A stretch of 64,000 nt of DNA from Mobula hypostoma (Eukaryota): NCBI RefSeq assembly GCF_963921235.1, contig NC_086108.1, forward strand, positions 24,242,001 through 24,306,000, written 5' to 3'. The notes beneath the pieces were generated by a model that saw only the letters and a list, made by a program, of their open reading frames with translations, was not told where the DNA came from and searched no databases. Both the position numbers and the translations under genes were made by a program. Shown in pieces: positions 11,721-25,977 of the stretch. The stretch's first letter is position 1; each line of letters starts with the position of its first letter.

Positions 11721-13744
11721 TTTCTTTGTAACATCTGTACACTTTGGCTTTTTGATTAATGTATCCTTAGATCACACAGCAATTGCCTCCCACCCCTCCC
11801 CACAATCCAAGGTCCAGAGTCAAGATTACAGGGAACAGAAAATGGGAGTGGGCATGTTTATGCAATTCCATGAAGGGTTTCTTTTGCTAAATAGTGCTTC
11901 CATCAATGGCGTCCAGTGAATTAGAAGATGGAATGTCCAAGTCCAACTTGTCCATTTCTAAGTTAGAGGCCGAGCTTCCAAATAAAGGGAACAGGTAAAC
12001 TTCAGTAGTTATGGTTTATTTACCATTGTTTGACATTTGAATAGCTGCCTTGACATTATTATTGGCCAGTAGCAGGTCAATGGTAAGTTAATGGGCAAAT
12101 ATTAGTGATTTAAAAGCTTGAAAGAGAAGGGATTGAAGTAAAGTTAAGGAGTTGGGGGACTGAGAAAAGACTTTGGGAAATGGCTGGCGATTTTGGGAGG
12201 CAGAAACGGAGTTCTGGCTGAGGAGTTGGGAGTCCAGAAAGGAATGGTGGGAGTCGTGGAATTTGTGACTCCTTTTTTGCGATTCGATTCTTTTTCAGAA
12301 CTTCCTGGATTTGCCCTTGATTATTTTTTCTCGCTGACTCCAACATGTAAGTGGATGTCAGCTGGTATCCAACAGCTGTGTGGATATAAATATTCAAAAT
12401 CTAGCTCCTCTCTGCAGCAAGGTACTGCAGCCTCCTCTCTGTGTTTCTACAAAGTAGCAGCTGACCCTTGCACGTCCTGCTTATTGGTACTTCTCAGTAG
12501 TTACTGCAAAAATACAAATCAATTATTTTGCCTTTATGGTACAAAGAGGATTTATAAAATATTTGTAAATGCTTCACTCTTTCAGAGTCACAAATCCCTG
12601 GTTGTGCAAGAAAGAATCCATATATTCTTGAAAACTGAATTATTCTATTCACAGTTAATAGCTACAAACAAAATCCAATCTGATTTCCAAGTGTCTGCTT
12701 TTTTTGATACTCCTGAAGATGATAGCATTGCAGAAGTGGACACAGATGGCAAGTCTGTGAAAAGACAGGGATACGCCTTTTCATATCACTCACCATTATA
12801 CACTTCAGTTTTTAATCTTCAATTAAGTTTCAGTACACTTATATTCTGGGATCATTCTGATAGAATCCTGCACCATCTCAGTTGTAATCCTATGACCCTT
12901 TCAATAGTTCAAAGTTACAGAAATGTTTTAATCTGTGCCTTGTAAATCCTTGCATTGTCTGTGATGCAAAATGAATCAGGGCAAAACACTGCACTGGGTT
13001 TCAAACAATGAAAATGTTCAGGCAAGGCAACTGATCTTTTTATCTGCAATGAATTGTTTCATTTCCTTGGTATAATAACTATAATCCATTGAAAACTTCA
13101 GTGTCATATTACATTTTTTAACAGCTACCACACATATATAAGATTAACACCAGCCACAAAGAAGGCGCTGGGGAGTGCAAACAGAATATATTCTCTTATA
13201 GTTTGTAGAGGCTTAACGGACCTTGTGAATAAATGTTGATAATTTCCTGAATGATTTATCTTTCTACTCTAACAACATTGCTGCCTGACCGTGCTGAAAA
13301 CACACTATTCTGTGATAGAGCCAGTGAGAGGCAGGAGGCAGAGATCGAGTATAATTTAGCACATGGAGTCTTAGTTTCAATCTGGTGAGGAGCAGGTGAG
13401 TATAGAAAGATTCATTTGCAGAAGGGGGAGAGGCAGTAAGTTTCAAAGCAGTTTTGAAAACTGTAATATTTATAAAAAGCTATACATGACCAGTAAGATT
13501 ATTAGCTTTAATTCATGCTACTGACTACATTATGGAGATCTATAGTCTCTACAAACAATAATCTTCCTGTGACACGGAAACATAAATTATTGTGGTTATA
13601 ATGAATTCCAGTAAGTCTCCTCCTGCCAGACTCCAATAATACAGACTTATTTACTAGCTCCATGTTTTTAATGACTCTTGTCTTCAGGGATTAGAACAAA
13701 GCCGTGAGAGTACCTTGGGATTACTTACACAGTTGCTTCATAGT

Positions 13745-14315
13745 AGTCATAGTCATAGTCATACTTTATTGATCCCAGGGGAAACTGGTTTTCGTTACAG
13801 TTGCACCATAAATAATAAATAGTAATAGAACCATAAATAGTTAAATAGTAATATGTAAATTATGCCAGTAAATTATGAAGTAAGTCCAGGACCAGCCTAT
13901 TGGCTCAGGGTGTCTGACCCTCCAAGGGAGGAGTTGTAAAGTTTGAAGGCCATAGGCAGGAATGACTTCCTATGGCGCTCTGTGTTGTATCTCGGTGGAA
14001 TGAGTCTCTGGCTGAATGTGCTCCTGTGCCCACCCAATACATTTATGTAATGGATGGGAGATATTGTCCAAGATGGCATGCAACTTAGACAGCATCTTCT
14101 TTTCAGACACCACCGTGAGAGAGTCCAGTTCCATCCCCACAACATCACTGGCCTTACGAATGAGTTTGTTGATTCTGTTGGTGTCTGCTACCCTCAGTCT
14201 GCTGCCCCAGCACACAACAGCATGAAGGCACTGGCCACCACAGACTCGTAGAACATCCTCAGCATCGTCTGGCAGATATTAAAGGACCTCAGTCTCCTCA
14301 GGAAATAGAGACATT
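13745..14315 (-). mobile_element. Rex1/Babar LINE 3' end, relatively young
   Basis: LYFLRRLRSFNICQTMLRMFYESVVASA...CWGS.LRVADTNRINKLIRKAS...HPLH; (atagtc)n tail at the left end. Confidence 0.8.
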
Positions 14316-14794
14316 TTTGTAAATTAATGCTTATTGCCCACTTGCACCAGAGAGTAAAAGTAATACTGTACTGGGTTGATGGGACAGTGAAAAGATATGG
14401 CAAAATGGGGGTCGTGCCCTGGCTGAGAGCTAAATTAAGTTTTAGAGGTCTGAAAATCTTGACCCTGCAAATAATTGAGGGAAATGAGGGATTTGTTCCA
14501 CAATTGAGTTCCTAAGAAAGTTTAAGTTAGACATGATATCACACAGTACTGAATTTTAATTTCTACACAGTGAGAAGTTGTTGATGGAAAAAATTCTTGA
14601 ACAATCAACTCAAAAGCAGTCCAACTAGAATGGAACAAAATGGATAACAACATTTTCTTGCAGTGTGGACTTTCAACAAGATGCTTTATAAAAATGCAAA
14701 CAACAGGAATTCTGCAGATGCTGGAAATTCAAGCAACACACATCAAAGTTGCTGGTGAATGCAGCAGGCCAGGCAGCATCTCTAGGAAGAGGTG

Positions 14795-14836
14795 CAGTCG
14801 ACGTTTCAGGCCAAGACCTTTCGTCAGGACTAACTG
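14795..14836 (-). ncRNA. Minimal type I hammerhead ribozyme motif
   Basis: Reverse complement: cagttagtc CTGACGA aaggtcttggcct GAAA cgtc gactg; stem I agtc/gact. Confidence 0.75.
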
Positions 14837-15467
14837 AAGGAAGAGTGAGTAAGGGATTTGAAAGTTGGAGGGGGAGGGGGAGATCCAAAATGACAGGAGA
14901 AGACAGGAGGGGGAGGGATGGAGCCAAGAGCTGGACAGGTGATTGGCAAAAGGGATACGAGAGGACACTCACCTACGCTCTGTCCGCCAGAGAAAGCAGG
15001 ATCTCCCAGTGGCCACACATTTTAATTCCACATCCCATTCCCATTCTGACATGTCTATCCACGGCCTCCTCTACTGTAAAGATAAAGCCACACTCAGGTT
15101 GGAGGAACAACACCTTATATTCCGTCTGGGTAGCCTCCAACCTGATGGCATGAACATCGACTTCTCTAACTTCCGCTAATGCCCCACCTCCCCCTTGTAC
15201 CCCATCTGTTACTTATTTTTATACACACATTCTTTCTCTCACTCTCCTTTTTCTCCCTCTGTCTCTCTGACTATACCCCTTGCCCGTCCTCTGGGTTCCC
15301 CCCTCCCCCTTTTCCTTCTCCCTGGGCCTCCTGTTCCATGATCCTCTCATATAGCTTTTGCCAATCACCTGTCCAGCTCTTGGCTCCATCCCTCCCCCTC
15401 CTGTCTTCTATCATTTTGGATCTCCCCCTCTCCCTCCCACTTTCAAATCTCTTACTCACTCTTCCTT

Positions 15468-15509
15468 CAGTTAGTCCTGACGAAGGGTCTCGGCCTGAAA
15501 CGTCGACTG
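15468..15509 (+). ncRNA. Minimal type I hammerhead ribozyme motif
   Basis: cagttagtc CTGACGA agggtctcggcct GAAA cgtc gactg; intact core, GUC triplet, palindromic ACGT in place of stem III. Confidence 0.8.
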
Positions 15510-18468
15510 CACCTCGTCCTAGAGATGCTGCCTGGCCTGCTGCGTTCACCAGCAACTTTGATGTGTGTTGCTTTATAAAAACCCTGGTCTGTTAAATCAG
15601 GTCCTCACATTCCGCTACCTGAACAAAATACTGAAGTCACAAGATGCAGCCCCGGAATGCTCACTCCAAAATGCCCATCCAAGATCCCACACCCCTCTCA
15701 GTCCTGTCCTTGCCACAGCTGAACAAGATTTCCCTGCCTTCTTCCATTGATTCTGAGGAAGGAAAGTATATTATTTGTGATATATTCATATGGAAGGCCT
15801 TCCTGCAGCAAACAGTTCCTTGGACAATATATGCAGTTCCCCATAAGGTGTTGCTTCTGAGGCACAAAAGTGTTTTCAGATGACAGATTATTTGAAGTAG
15901 GCAGCAATGTATTTCTCTGCACTTCACATTCTACTTTCAATGAAAGATCTAAGGAAATTCAAAGTTAATGTGATTTCTGAGGTCTTGACATTTCTTGCCG
16001 TGACTCTGTGCATGTTACGCAACTCATCGAGAGACCCAAAGGTCATGTAAGGGCAAGCACTGCCAGTTCTGGGATTTTCAATGGAATAATTCTAGCTCGT
16101 GCTGTGTTGACCATGTACTTAAGTAGGTTTTCACAACACCAGTAAAGCCTCCTCTATGTGACTGTTTGAACAGGTCACAAAATGGTGTTGAGGACCCAAC
16201 CTAGGTTAGTTTCCTTTAAGGTAGATGTTTTCCCATTTCTCCTTTTATCTCCCCCTCCAAAGTATATTTCCCCCACCTCAAGAGACAGAACAGTCTTTCC
16301 CATGCGTTAGCTCACCACCCACTGCTCTGCAAAACCAAAGAAAACCCTCAGCAAACATTGGCTTCACCCTGAAACCACTGTTATCCCTCCTTAGCCACTG
16401 ACACCTCCTTTTACACTCACCAAACACTACCGCAAACCTCTTGATCACCAATTGTACCTCTTCTACCTTACCCAAACTCCACTATCCCCACAAATCCAGA
16501 TATACTAGATACCCTTTGACTGCTGATTCATTGCAAGTTGTTAGGCCAGCATCTACACCCTTATGTTTCTCATAAGGCTTCTTCTGTATAATCAGCTAAA
16601 TCCAGGACAAAGAGGAACACAAGATATTGACCAATTCAAGATTCATGCACTGCACTAATAATCTAACATTAGGAGGTAAATTTAGAAATTAGAAAAAGAG
16701 CACGGATAAAGTTGTACTTAAAACGTTTTCCTGAGCCTCATTAAGATCTTCTTCCAGAGTTGATGGTTTCCCTTAACTATTTTTGGATTAGGCTCCATTC
16801 AGAATCTTCCCTCACAATTGTTGTGTACAACATATATCACTGTTAGATCAAGACAGCACTTCTCCCTCCTATTTAAAATTAGCTTAAATAATGGCTGATG
16901 TAGAAAGGGACTGGAGTACTATTTAACATTTACAGGTGTTCTTCCCGTGATGGCTGATGTTGTTAATGAGATTGGATAAATATTGTTCTTTCCAGTTCTT
17001 GATGAGCAAACACTTTGTATGACCTACTGGTATGTGGATACATCAAGAATAATTAAATTTGGTGCTAATCGTAGAATTTTCATGGTGCAGGCCAATGAAG
17101 TACTGAGCTGATGAAAGGACTAAGTGAAAAGCTAGAGAGAGTAAAAGACAAAAGTTGCACCACAATTAATGCAAAGACATCCCAAGGTAGGTCAGTGATG
17201 GATATCAAAAGAAGAGGATTTTAATGGGATTTGCTCACATTGAGCATGAGGAGGTTTCTCCAAGACAGGAAGCACAATGGAGGGAATGCTGAATCCCAGA
17301 AACATTTATGTGATGAGGACCAGTTGGCAAAAGTGGGGTAAAAAATGAAATTTGTATTTTAATGCATGATCAAAGTCAGAAAATACAACGTCTTAAATGG
17401 AACTCATTTCATTGAAAGAAATGAGACCCAGATTAATTTGGAAACTAGGATCACAATTTGTTGCTATGGGGTAGAAGTTCAGCAAGAATATGATGACTGT
17501 CATACAGGGAAGGATGGACACACTTACTTTTAAATATGCTTATGAAAGCTAAAGCTGGAAACTGTGAGCTCCAAAATGGATCAGGAATTGTTAAATTGAA
17601 CCTTGAAGAAAGCTGAAGGGAGTTTAATGCCAATAAGAGAATGGAACTAAAAGCAAGACAACAGAGATCAATAGCTTCTATCCCCATGAAGACAATTCAA
17701 GGAAAATAAAACTTGATTTTCACTTAATGTTCATCAGAAATTGAACCATATGAAGAGGTGCATGTTCAAGGAGTAGAATTGTATCTCACAGATTACATAT
17801 AGTGGTGATGTCTCCTACCAAAGCACAAAGAAACTTAATGATACTTGGCATAGCTCTACAGGCAGGGATTTAGTGATTAGAGGTAGAATTGTTCAGTTGC
17901 ATACCCATAAAATTGAATTACAGAGAATAAAAAATATCTTTGAAAGGATGCCAAGAACTATTATACTGAGTATTCAATGATTACAAGTGAGCACGCATTT
18001 CCATGTCCATAAAGAAAACTTAACAAGTTAAGTTTTTGTTTTGACCAGAATCTCACTACAGATATTAAAATGATATTTCCTGTTTACAGATTAAGTATTC
18101 CTTTGAAAAGTATATTCATTAGGCTGGCATCATTAACTTTCAGTTTGCTTAACCTTTCCCCAGGTCTCATTCTATTACCTTTGCCATCCAAATTGACATT
18201 TACTAATCCAACCCTTGACTGAAAAAGGATTGGGTACCTTGATCTTGATGGACTCCATAATGTAAGTAGTTTATTCTAAAGTTCTGTGAGTATAAATAAG
18301 GAAGGAAAGTATTTATATACAAAACTACAATACTTATGCAATGTAATTCTCTCTTACTTCTTATTCTTGGAACATGTAGATTATCTGTGCTTATGGTATC
18401 TGTAAACACGCATAGTTCCTACTTTTCCTAGAAAGAGTTTGTGAGATTTTGCAGCAGGATTATTGAAG

Positions 18469-18668
18469 ATGAACTAAAAACAAAAATTGCAGGAAACATT
18501 CAGCAAATCAGGCAGCATCTGTGGAAAGAGAAATTGTTTATATTTCGGGTGTGCGATCCTTTATCATAAACAGTCACTGCTTCTCTTTCTGTAGATGCTG
18601 CCTGCCTGATTAAGTTTCCAGCATTTTCTAATGTTATATCAGATCGCCAGCATCTGCATCTTTTAATT
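18469..18668. mobile_element. Mini-palindromic PLE insertion, old
   Basis: 11-bp duplication gattattgaag at 18458-18468 and 18669-18679; inverted aatcaggcagcatctgtggaaagag / ctctttctgtagatgctgcctgcctgatt. Confidence 0.7.
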
Positions 18669-19159
18669 GATTATTGAAGTAAATATGCATTAAGATTTTG
18701 AAATCAAGAGTACTTTGTCTCAAAATCTCCTCCCCACTTTGTGCTCAATGTTAATTTGTTTTACTTTATGTTGCTCTTTTTGATTAAATGAATGTTCAGC
18801 AGAAATGAATCACTGTGACATTCAGTTTCCAAACCAAGCCACTGAACTTCGCAGATTTTTTGTTCAAGCTGTGCGCGTGTGATCATCTCACAAGCCTTTG
18901 TCCTGCCAAGGTACAAACAACTTTACAAAAGCAATATTTATGCTACAAAAGTTCAAGGCAATGATTGTCTCAACAAGTCAGCATCTAACTACCCATCCTT
19001 GATATACAGTGGCATTACTTTCATGAACATATCAACATTAAAGGCCTGGAAAGTGACATTAATCAAAAGTCAACTGGACCAGCCACATGAGCAGCACAAT
19101 TACAAATGGTTCAGAGGCTTTCTATGCTGTAGTGAGTGATTCAACTCTTGACACTTAAC

Positions 19160-19630
19160 AGTCTTTCAATTTATACAAGGCACAGTTTGGGACTGTAATT
19201 GGATACTGTCTGGAGGTTTGCAGCTCAAACAACTCTTAGTAAGCTTGATGCCACCCGGTATCAAGAAGCTGCCTGCTCGATGACCCATTTAATACCCTGT
19301 AAGGGTGTTCTACCAATGCACAGTGGCTGTAGTGTGCACCAGCTATAAGAAATACTGATGTTTCTTGCTTAGGCTACTCCAACAGCACCTTGCAAACCTG
19401 ATAATAATAAGGGGATAATATTACTCACATTTTCATCTTCCATTTGTACACCAGCCTAATGTGGAAATAAACTATCATTCCTTAATCAGTGCTTGGTCTA
19501 AATCCTGGAACTTCATTCTTAACAGCACTGTGGCACTATATAATAAATCTGTTGAGCTTGAAGAAAGTGGCTTACCACTAGATCTTTAAGGTAGTTAAGG
19601 GGTAAGTGATAAATGTCAGCGTTACAAACC
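19160..19630 (+). mobile_element. Degenerate CR1/L2-group LINE 3' fragment
   Basis: Similar to 57700-58040 (cagcaccttgcaaacc...aaatcctggaac...aacagcactgtgg). Confidence 0.5.
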
Positions 19631-21629
19631 TCAGCATTTAGCTTCTAATTGCAAAATGATGAAATTACCTTTTGACAACTTCATATTGTGTTTGCCTAAT
19701 CTCTTGAACATTTCTTTCAAAATGAGAAGATTTTCTTTTATTCTCTTAGTAATCAACAGATCAGCTCTGATAAACAATGATCCATTTTAACTATCATGGC
19801 TTTGAAAATGTTGTGCTTAAATGTACTCAGTAGGATAGCATTGTGGGTCGGTAGAGCCTTATGTATGTGTTGCTAGTCAGGTATTGCTGACTATTAATAT
19901 TGACATGGGAATTATGTATAGGCAAGGTGGAAGTCCAATTTTGTGAGCTTCTACAAACTTGTCAGCTCTGGATACAAACCAGTTGTGACTTAGTGCGGCT
20001 TGAAGTCTCCACACAGCTGCTTAACTGTTACTGGCCAATGTGTTCTGACCAGATTTCATGCTGTTCTGTTTTAGCCTTTTCAATATCTCGTCAGCTTGAT
20101 TCTTTACTGTAAAAGACATGACTGGGCTTGTGGCAGACCAACACTATCTGTCAAATCTGAATTTGTACAGTGCATCCTGTTGCATTAGTACAGCTGATCT
20201 TGAATGTGTTGTCAGGGTGTGAATTTGAGGGTGGCATCAGCATTGGAAACATTCTTCCACTCTTGCTTGAGGAGCCTCATCCAGCCTTTCACCAGTAAAT
20301 AAGACATTCACTGTCCAGGACATGGGAGATGGTGGTGGGGGGTTGCCAAACTCAGCTTTCTCATAGCAGTTGATCAAAGAGCTGGGATCAAAGAGTTTTC
20401 TTTTCAGTAAGTTAAACTTCCAACCAATATTCTTTGCTCAGATTCTTGCCATAGACAAGAACTAGTTTTCAGTTCAGCAAGCAATAATCAGTTTGAAGTT
20501 AAAAAGACAGCATTGCAAACAGACACCACTCTCTATAGAGCAAGGGCTACTGGCGCACAACACGGGGCTGGATTGCTCAAGATATGTAGTGTAAAACAAT
20601 AGGATCATGTTAATTGGGCCTGTATCAAACCAGACAACACTGGCTAAATTATTTCATTCAAAGAAGCTTGCAGACCAGACTGATGCTATCACGTAGAACA
20701 TCAAATAGCTGATTTATAAACAGTTGATCTGTGTATTTAGAGTTTCAGCCCTCACAATTTTAATTGTGTATGTCTGGGATCTCTGTCCCCAGAAGACTAT
20801 GTGTGTGAAATCACCAAATAGCAATAAGAACAGTATAAATGTTAGAGAGCAATCAAGTTCATAACGAATGGTCAAGGAACAATCAGAAGAATGACAGAAA
20901 GATGGGTGACTAGAATCCATTTGTCTTCAATTTCTGTGATGGACAACTCATTCATCTGCAACTTGCTGGTAATCTCATAGGAATTGCACCTGTGTTTTGG
21001 AAATCCTTTGTGTTTTAAAAACCATTTGTAATTTGGAAATTTTCTATAAGATAGAAATCCACTCTGAGATTTAAATGTGTTTAAAAATTTTATCTAAATT
21101 TAAAGGTGTATCACTAAAAATAAATAAAGTGTGTTTACACTACTTCATTAGCTGGAAGCATCTCTTCCTTGGTAGGGAGGGGGGAAAACCATTCACATAT
21201 TGGGTATTAGCAGCTACACTTGCCATGGGATAAACAGGGAAATGAATTAGGCCTTGAAGAGTAGTTGGCTGCAGTATAACTTCCTTTTAGTGACCCCACC
21301 TGTAGCTATCTGTATCGGCTTAAGATCTTCATTTGAGTTCAGAACTTCGTGGACAGTAAACACAATACTATCACATAAGGTCAGCCTGTTTTCACATTTG
21401 CTATAACAATAGAAAGCTGTTCTACCTTCATTTGCTGCATCATACACTCCATTTGTCTCATGGTCTGCGAAATATCAGTAGCGTAGGTTTTCAGCAGAAT
21501 GGTACTTTCTATCAAGTGCACCTGGCTGAATTTGCTCAAGTACGTGCATTGACTCATTATCGCAGTCTGATGCAGTATCAATTTGCATGTCAATGCCCTG
21601 GTAGTTAAGTGAGATGGATGAGAGAAAAG

Positions 21630-21815
21630 ACTGATGAAACAATGAGGCATAATGCTGTCAGGGTCTTTGACCTGAAACATTACCTTTGTTTCTCTTCCCA
21701 CAGATATGGCATCACATTTCTGAGTGTTTCCTGCAGTTTGTATTTCTACCTTGGACTGTCAGATTTTGGTCTACCAGAACTGTTGAGTGTAGCCAACATT
21801 CTCTTTCATTTCAAT
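21630..21815. mobile_element. Degenerate PLE terminal fragments
   Basis: cagggtctttgacctgaaacatt and ctgagtgtttcctgcag motifs. Confidence 0.45.
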
Positions 21816-22189
21816 ATTTCAAATCACTGCATTATTTTGTAGATAAGTCCCTGTGCTGCTTCATTTTGACTTCTTTTCTTCCTAATGTCAATAGTTTGGC
21901 CAAATATGGGGAATGCACTCTATATATAATGGCTATATGGCCAAATAACTTATAAAGAACAATGGGACTGAGCAGAACCAATATGAGTTATTCGTTTGTT
22001 TAGCCTCCCCACGTTAAACAAAGTCACGCATAGGTATTCTCCATTTATTTGGATCCTGGATTGGTTTTACAGCCACCTGAAGACCCACCAATAGACAACG
22101 CCTTATGAGAACATCATACTTGATTTGAGTGGAAATTACTACTATTATGACAGCCACTACAACTGTTATTACTATTACAATGATAAGGG

Positions 22190-22570
22190 GCGACCAGTGG
22201 ATCAGGGATGTAAGATTAAGAAGTATTTCGATAGGTTGGGCTGCAGGAAACTTCTCACCTTTTTAGAGGCAAATAAAACTAGAAGGTATAGATTTAGGGT
22301 AAGGGCTAAGAGACTTAGAGGGGATCTAATGCGAACTTTTCGTCCAGTGAGCATGGAGTCTCTGGAATACACTGTTTTAGAGAATGGTGCAAGCAGAGTC
22401 ACTGACAGATTTAAGAAGTGTTTAGGTAAGCACTTGAATTGCATAGGTATAGGGGTATATGGGCCAAGTGCTGAAAAATGGGAATAATATTGATGGAAGC
22501 CCACTAATCGGTGTGGACGTGGTGGGCTTCAAGGCCTGTTTCCATGCTGAATGATGCTATGACTCCAATA
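22190..22570 (+). mobile_element. Degenerate CR1 3' fragment
   Basis: TRRYRFRVRAKRLRGDL-like segment; tail ggcctgtttccatgctg...ctatgactc. Confidence 0.6.
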
Positions 22571-22862
22571 GTATAACTGTACAGTAAATATTTCTAAGTC
22601 ACCAGAGTCATTGGAATTCAGAATGGATATCTGGGAAGATCACAAAGAAAAAAAATCATGAATACTGACTCAATTCAACATTTAAAAACAAAACCAGATG
22701 AATATTTGATTTGAAAATGCTGAAATGATAGAAGCAGAAGATCAGAATGTTAGAGATTTCTACCATCAATGCCATTCACAGCAAACATAGGTAAGCTTTT
22801 TACCATGTAGTGACATTAATCTTAATATTACTATATTGCTTTTCCAAACTAATTTGTTCAAG

Positions 22863-23122
22863 TTTTTTTTTAGTGTGTCACACCAGACAGTCAGTCATTC
22901 TTGTCCGGCGTGTGGTGTCAGGATTGGTCTCATTTCGGATTAACTGGGTCACGATATGAACGTTCCTGATTCATCCTTTTTTTTTTATGCTGAGTGGCTA
23001 GCTCGACACTCAACCCAGCATGGATGGAAAGCGTGCTCGGGGGGATGGCCCGACTTGGACTCGAACTCAGAAGCCTTCGCTCCGGAGTCCAGCGCTGATG
23101 CCATTACACCACCAGCAGGCCT
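22863..23122 (-). mobile_element. tRNA-derived SINE
   Basis: Minus-strand A box tggtgtaatgg and B box gagttcgagtcc; 11-bp TSD atttgttcaag at 22852-22862 and 23123-23133; related to the SINE at 1245-1505. Confidence 0.85.
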
Positions 23123-23429
23123 ATTTGTTCAAGCAAATTCCAGTCATTGTCAAGTTCATGTGAAATAGTCTTAATGGCTGGTCACTTTTTTCAGGCGTCA
23201 CCCGCTCAAAAGATGCTTCCAAGATGCCATTCTTATTCTGATAATACAAACAAAATTGGATTTACTTTAATGTAAAAACATGAATGGATTGGATTGCTTC
23301 AATGAGATGCAAAACAATCTGATTAATATCAAATCACAAATATGTGGAATTTATAAAATGATACAGAAGGTTTGTCAATCATAATGCCAAAGTAAAAAGA
23401 ATTTTAAGATTTTAGGAATCAATAAACCA

Positions 23430-23582
23430 CGGTAGTGTAGCAGTTAGCAAGACGCTATTACAGCTTGTGGCTTTGGAGTTCTGAGTTCAGTCCCAGCACC
23501 CTCGGTATGGAGTCTCTGTACGTCCTCCCTGTGGAATGCGTGGGTTTTCTCCAGGTCCTCTGGTTTCCTCCCACTGTCCAAT
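23430..23582 (+). mobile_element. V-SINE-type fragment
   Basis: Head ggtagtgtagcagttagc; V-domain-like tgcgtgggttttctccaggtcctctggtttcctcccac. Confidence 0.7.
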
Positions 23583-25704
23583 TAACCGGAATCCATTGCA
23601 TTACCATTAATGAAACACTTGGACTCTGATTCAGTGGAGACCTGAAAGATGTTAGTATACATCTTTTTGTTCTGACAATTTGTATAAATCTTTAAAGTGT
23701 TAGAGTCTTGTGATCAACCCCAGGTACCAGTTTATCTCCAAGCAACAATATAAGCTTGTTAGGTTCTTGTCCTATGTGTACATATTTTATTCTTTGAGTA
23801 ATAACCCCTGTGCATTAATTCTTCCCGGTGAATTGTCTTGAATATTCTTGTCTTTGATTCTGTGAAATGGTACATGGTCTAAATCTTCGAAGTTCAATTT
23901 GTGTCAGTACAGACAGTGTAGACTAATAATTCAATCAGAACTGCTTGATATGCTGGACATGATGTCAAGTAAACTCACGCTATCACAGCTTCCATAGGAT
24001 AAGAATATGGCTTAAAGCATACAGCAGATGTGGCATACCACTCGGTCATGACCTAGGCTCAGTAAACACTTGGTAACATCCACTAATAGAGCTTCAGGGA
24101 ATTTAGTGAAAGTTATCATGAATTTAAAATGAAAAGGAAGAACAGACTTCATGATTTCTGTGTACAGTCCTCAGAGAAACGATTGTCTCAATGCAATGCA
24201 AAACTTTAATTTGATTTGTCACAGTCAGTCTTTGTTCGGAATTAAAGTAATTAATGCAACAGTAGATTGGGAATATTAGTGGATGAAAGTAGGCCAAACC
24301 GGAAACACTAAAAGACATGTATATTTCATGAAGTTTCCTTCAAGCCGAAGTCTGAGCGGGATTGCATTCTCAATGTGTCTGCAACCAGTCACCCCTGTTT
24401 CCCAGTTTCATAGACACAGTGGAGCAGTGAGTCAGGTAATGAGTTGATATCACACAAGCAATTTCTATTCAGTCTGAAGACATTCGGGAAAATGAAGAGA
24501 AATATTCGTATTCCTTCAACGTGCTCATCAAAAAGCAACGTATTCTCCACGGTTGCTAATTTTGCTGGTGGAATTGGAGAATTAAATAGTACAGGAGAAG
24601 GTTACACACCCCTTTCTGTACCTTTTGAATCTTTGTGAAAAACAATCCAATTGCAGCCACTCTCTCTCTATATCCCTGCATTATTTCTTCAAGTATTCGT
24701 TTGATGTCCTTTTATAGACTGTTACTGAAACCAACTTCCAAAGAAAATAACAAGGAATTATAATTACTCCATGGAACAGGCACTAATCTTTTGATTTCTA
24801 TAAGGCACACACTTCTGTTCAAGTAGGGGAGCGTTATACAAAAGTAATAGATTCCAAATCTAACAACTCAATCCGAAGATTATTATGCTAACTTTTGTTC
24901 ATAATGCTTAAAAAACAGATTGCCTTCATGCCTTCAACATGGATATTTAATAATAGCTGCATACAGTACGTTTCAAGTCTTCCATTCACCCTGTGAATTG
25001 TTTGTTCCATAGATCGCCTAAATCTTGGAAAATTCTGAGTCACCTTCCCAAAATGTTATTCAGTACATAGTGCTGATATTCCAGACTTAATTCATAATAG
25101 CAAATTTGTCTACAACTTTTGAAAATGTCCTAGGTTTCCGGTATCCCCTGAGCTAGCCTTTTCTTCAAACAATCTCAATAACTAGGCCTCTCAGAGAAAA
25201 ACATGTGTACTCAGATCAGGCTGAGTGTGTATTCTGTTCCTATGTTCTTTGGATTGAGTTAATAACATGTATATAACATGTATAACATTCAAGAGAACAG
25301 AAAATTTATAAAAATGCACCACTGTTTCTGCTCTTAGGATTTTAGTTGTTTCTTTGCCAAGATTGTTGAAGATAGCTGTGTCCAACAATATTACCCTACT
25401 AATAAAACAGTCACAAACTGTTAAGGTGACAAATGTTCTTGAAAAACAGGAACTGTAAATCATTAATATAAACTTCACAGAAGGTGGACATTAGTTTACT
25501 AAATACAGCACTCTACACATCCTCTGACTGAAATACTGCTTTTCTCCCCCAACCAAACAAATAACAGCCCTTGAGATCATCTTACCCATTGTTTTCCCTT
25601 TCACACCCCAATCTCTACCTCCATTTTGTTCAATCAACTGTCAAAACATTGTTGCCTGGAATTCCTCTCAAAATTCCTGTTCTCTTCTTTCATCAGACCA
25701 GTTA

Positions 25705-25950
25705 GGGCATCACAGTTAGCATGATGCTATTACAGCTCAGGCGTCTGAGCTCGGAGTTCAGTTCTATAAGGAGTGTCTGTACGTCCTTCCCAAAGAATAG
25801 CTGGGTTTTCCCCTAGGAACTTTGGTTTCCTCCCACAGTCCAAAGATGTACTGGGTAGGTTAATTGGTTATTATAAATTGTCCTCTGATTAGGTTAGGGT
25901 TAATCGGGGTTGTCGAGGGTTTCTGTGGTGGCGTGGCTCAAAGGGGTGGA
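25705..25950 (+). mobile_element. V-SINE-type element
   Basis: gttagcatgatgctattacagc...ggtttcctcccacagtccaaaga. Confidence 0.7.
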
Positions 25951-25977
25951 TTTATTTTTCATCAAGATGCAAACAGC

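Larger units (their letters stand above)
14695..15568. mobile_element. Complete inverted (palindromic) PLE insertion with GIY-YIG C-terminus
   Basis: 13-bp TSD tgctttataaaaa at 14682-14694 and 15569-15581; minus arm 14695-~14960; plus arm ~14961-15568 encodes HLRSVRQRKQDLPVATHFN...RLEEQHLIFRLGSLQPDGMNIDFSNFR*. Confidence 0.92.

Noticed and set aside
12193..12945. 250-aa plus-strand ORF and opposite 95-aa ORF
   Set aside because: No recognisable domain, non-ATG start for the long ORF and no coherent exon chain; cannot be supported as a gene without RNA or homology data.
23040..23122. tRNA gene (also at 1245-1305)
   Set aside because: A and B boxes are present but are followed by SINE body, tail and TSD; no full cloverleaf.
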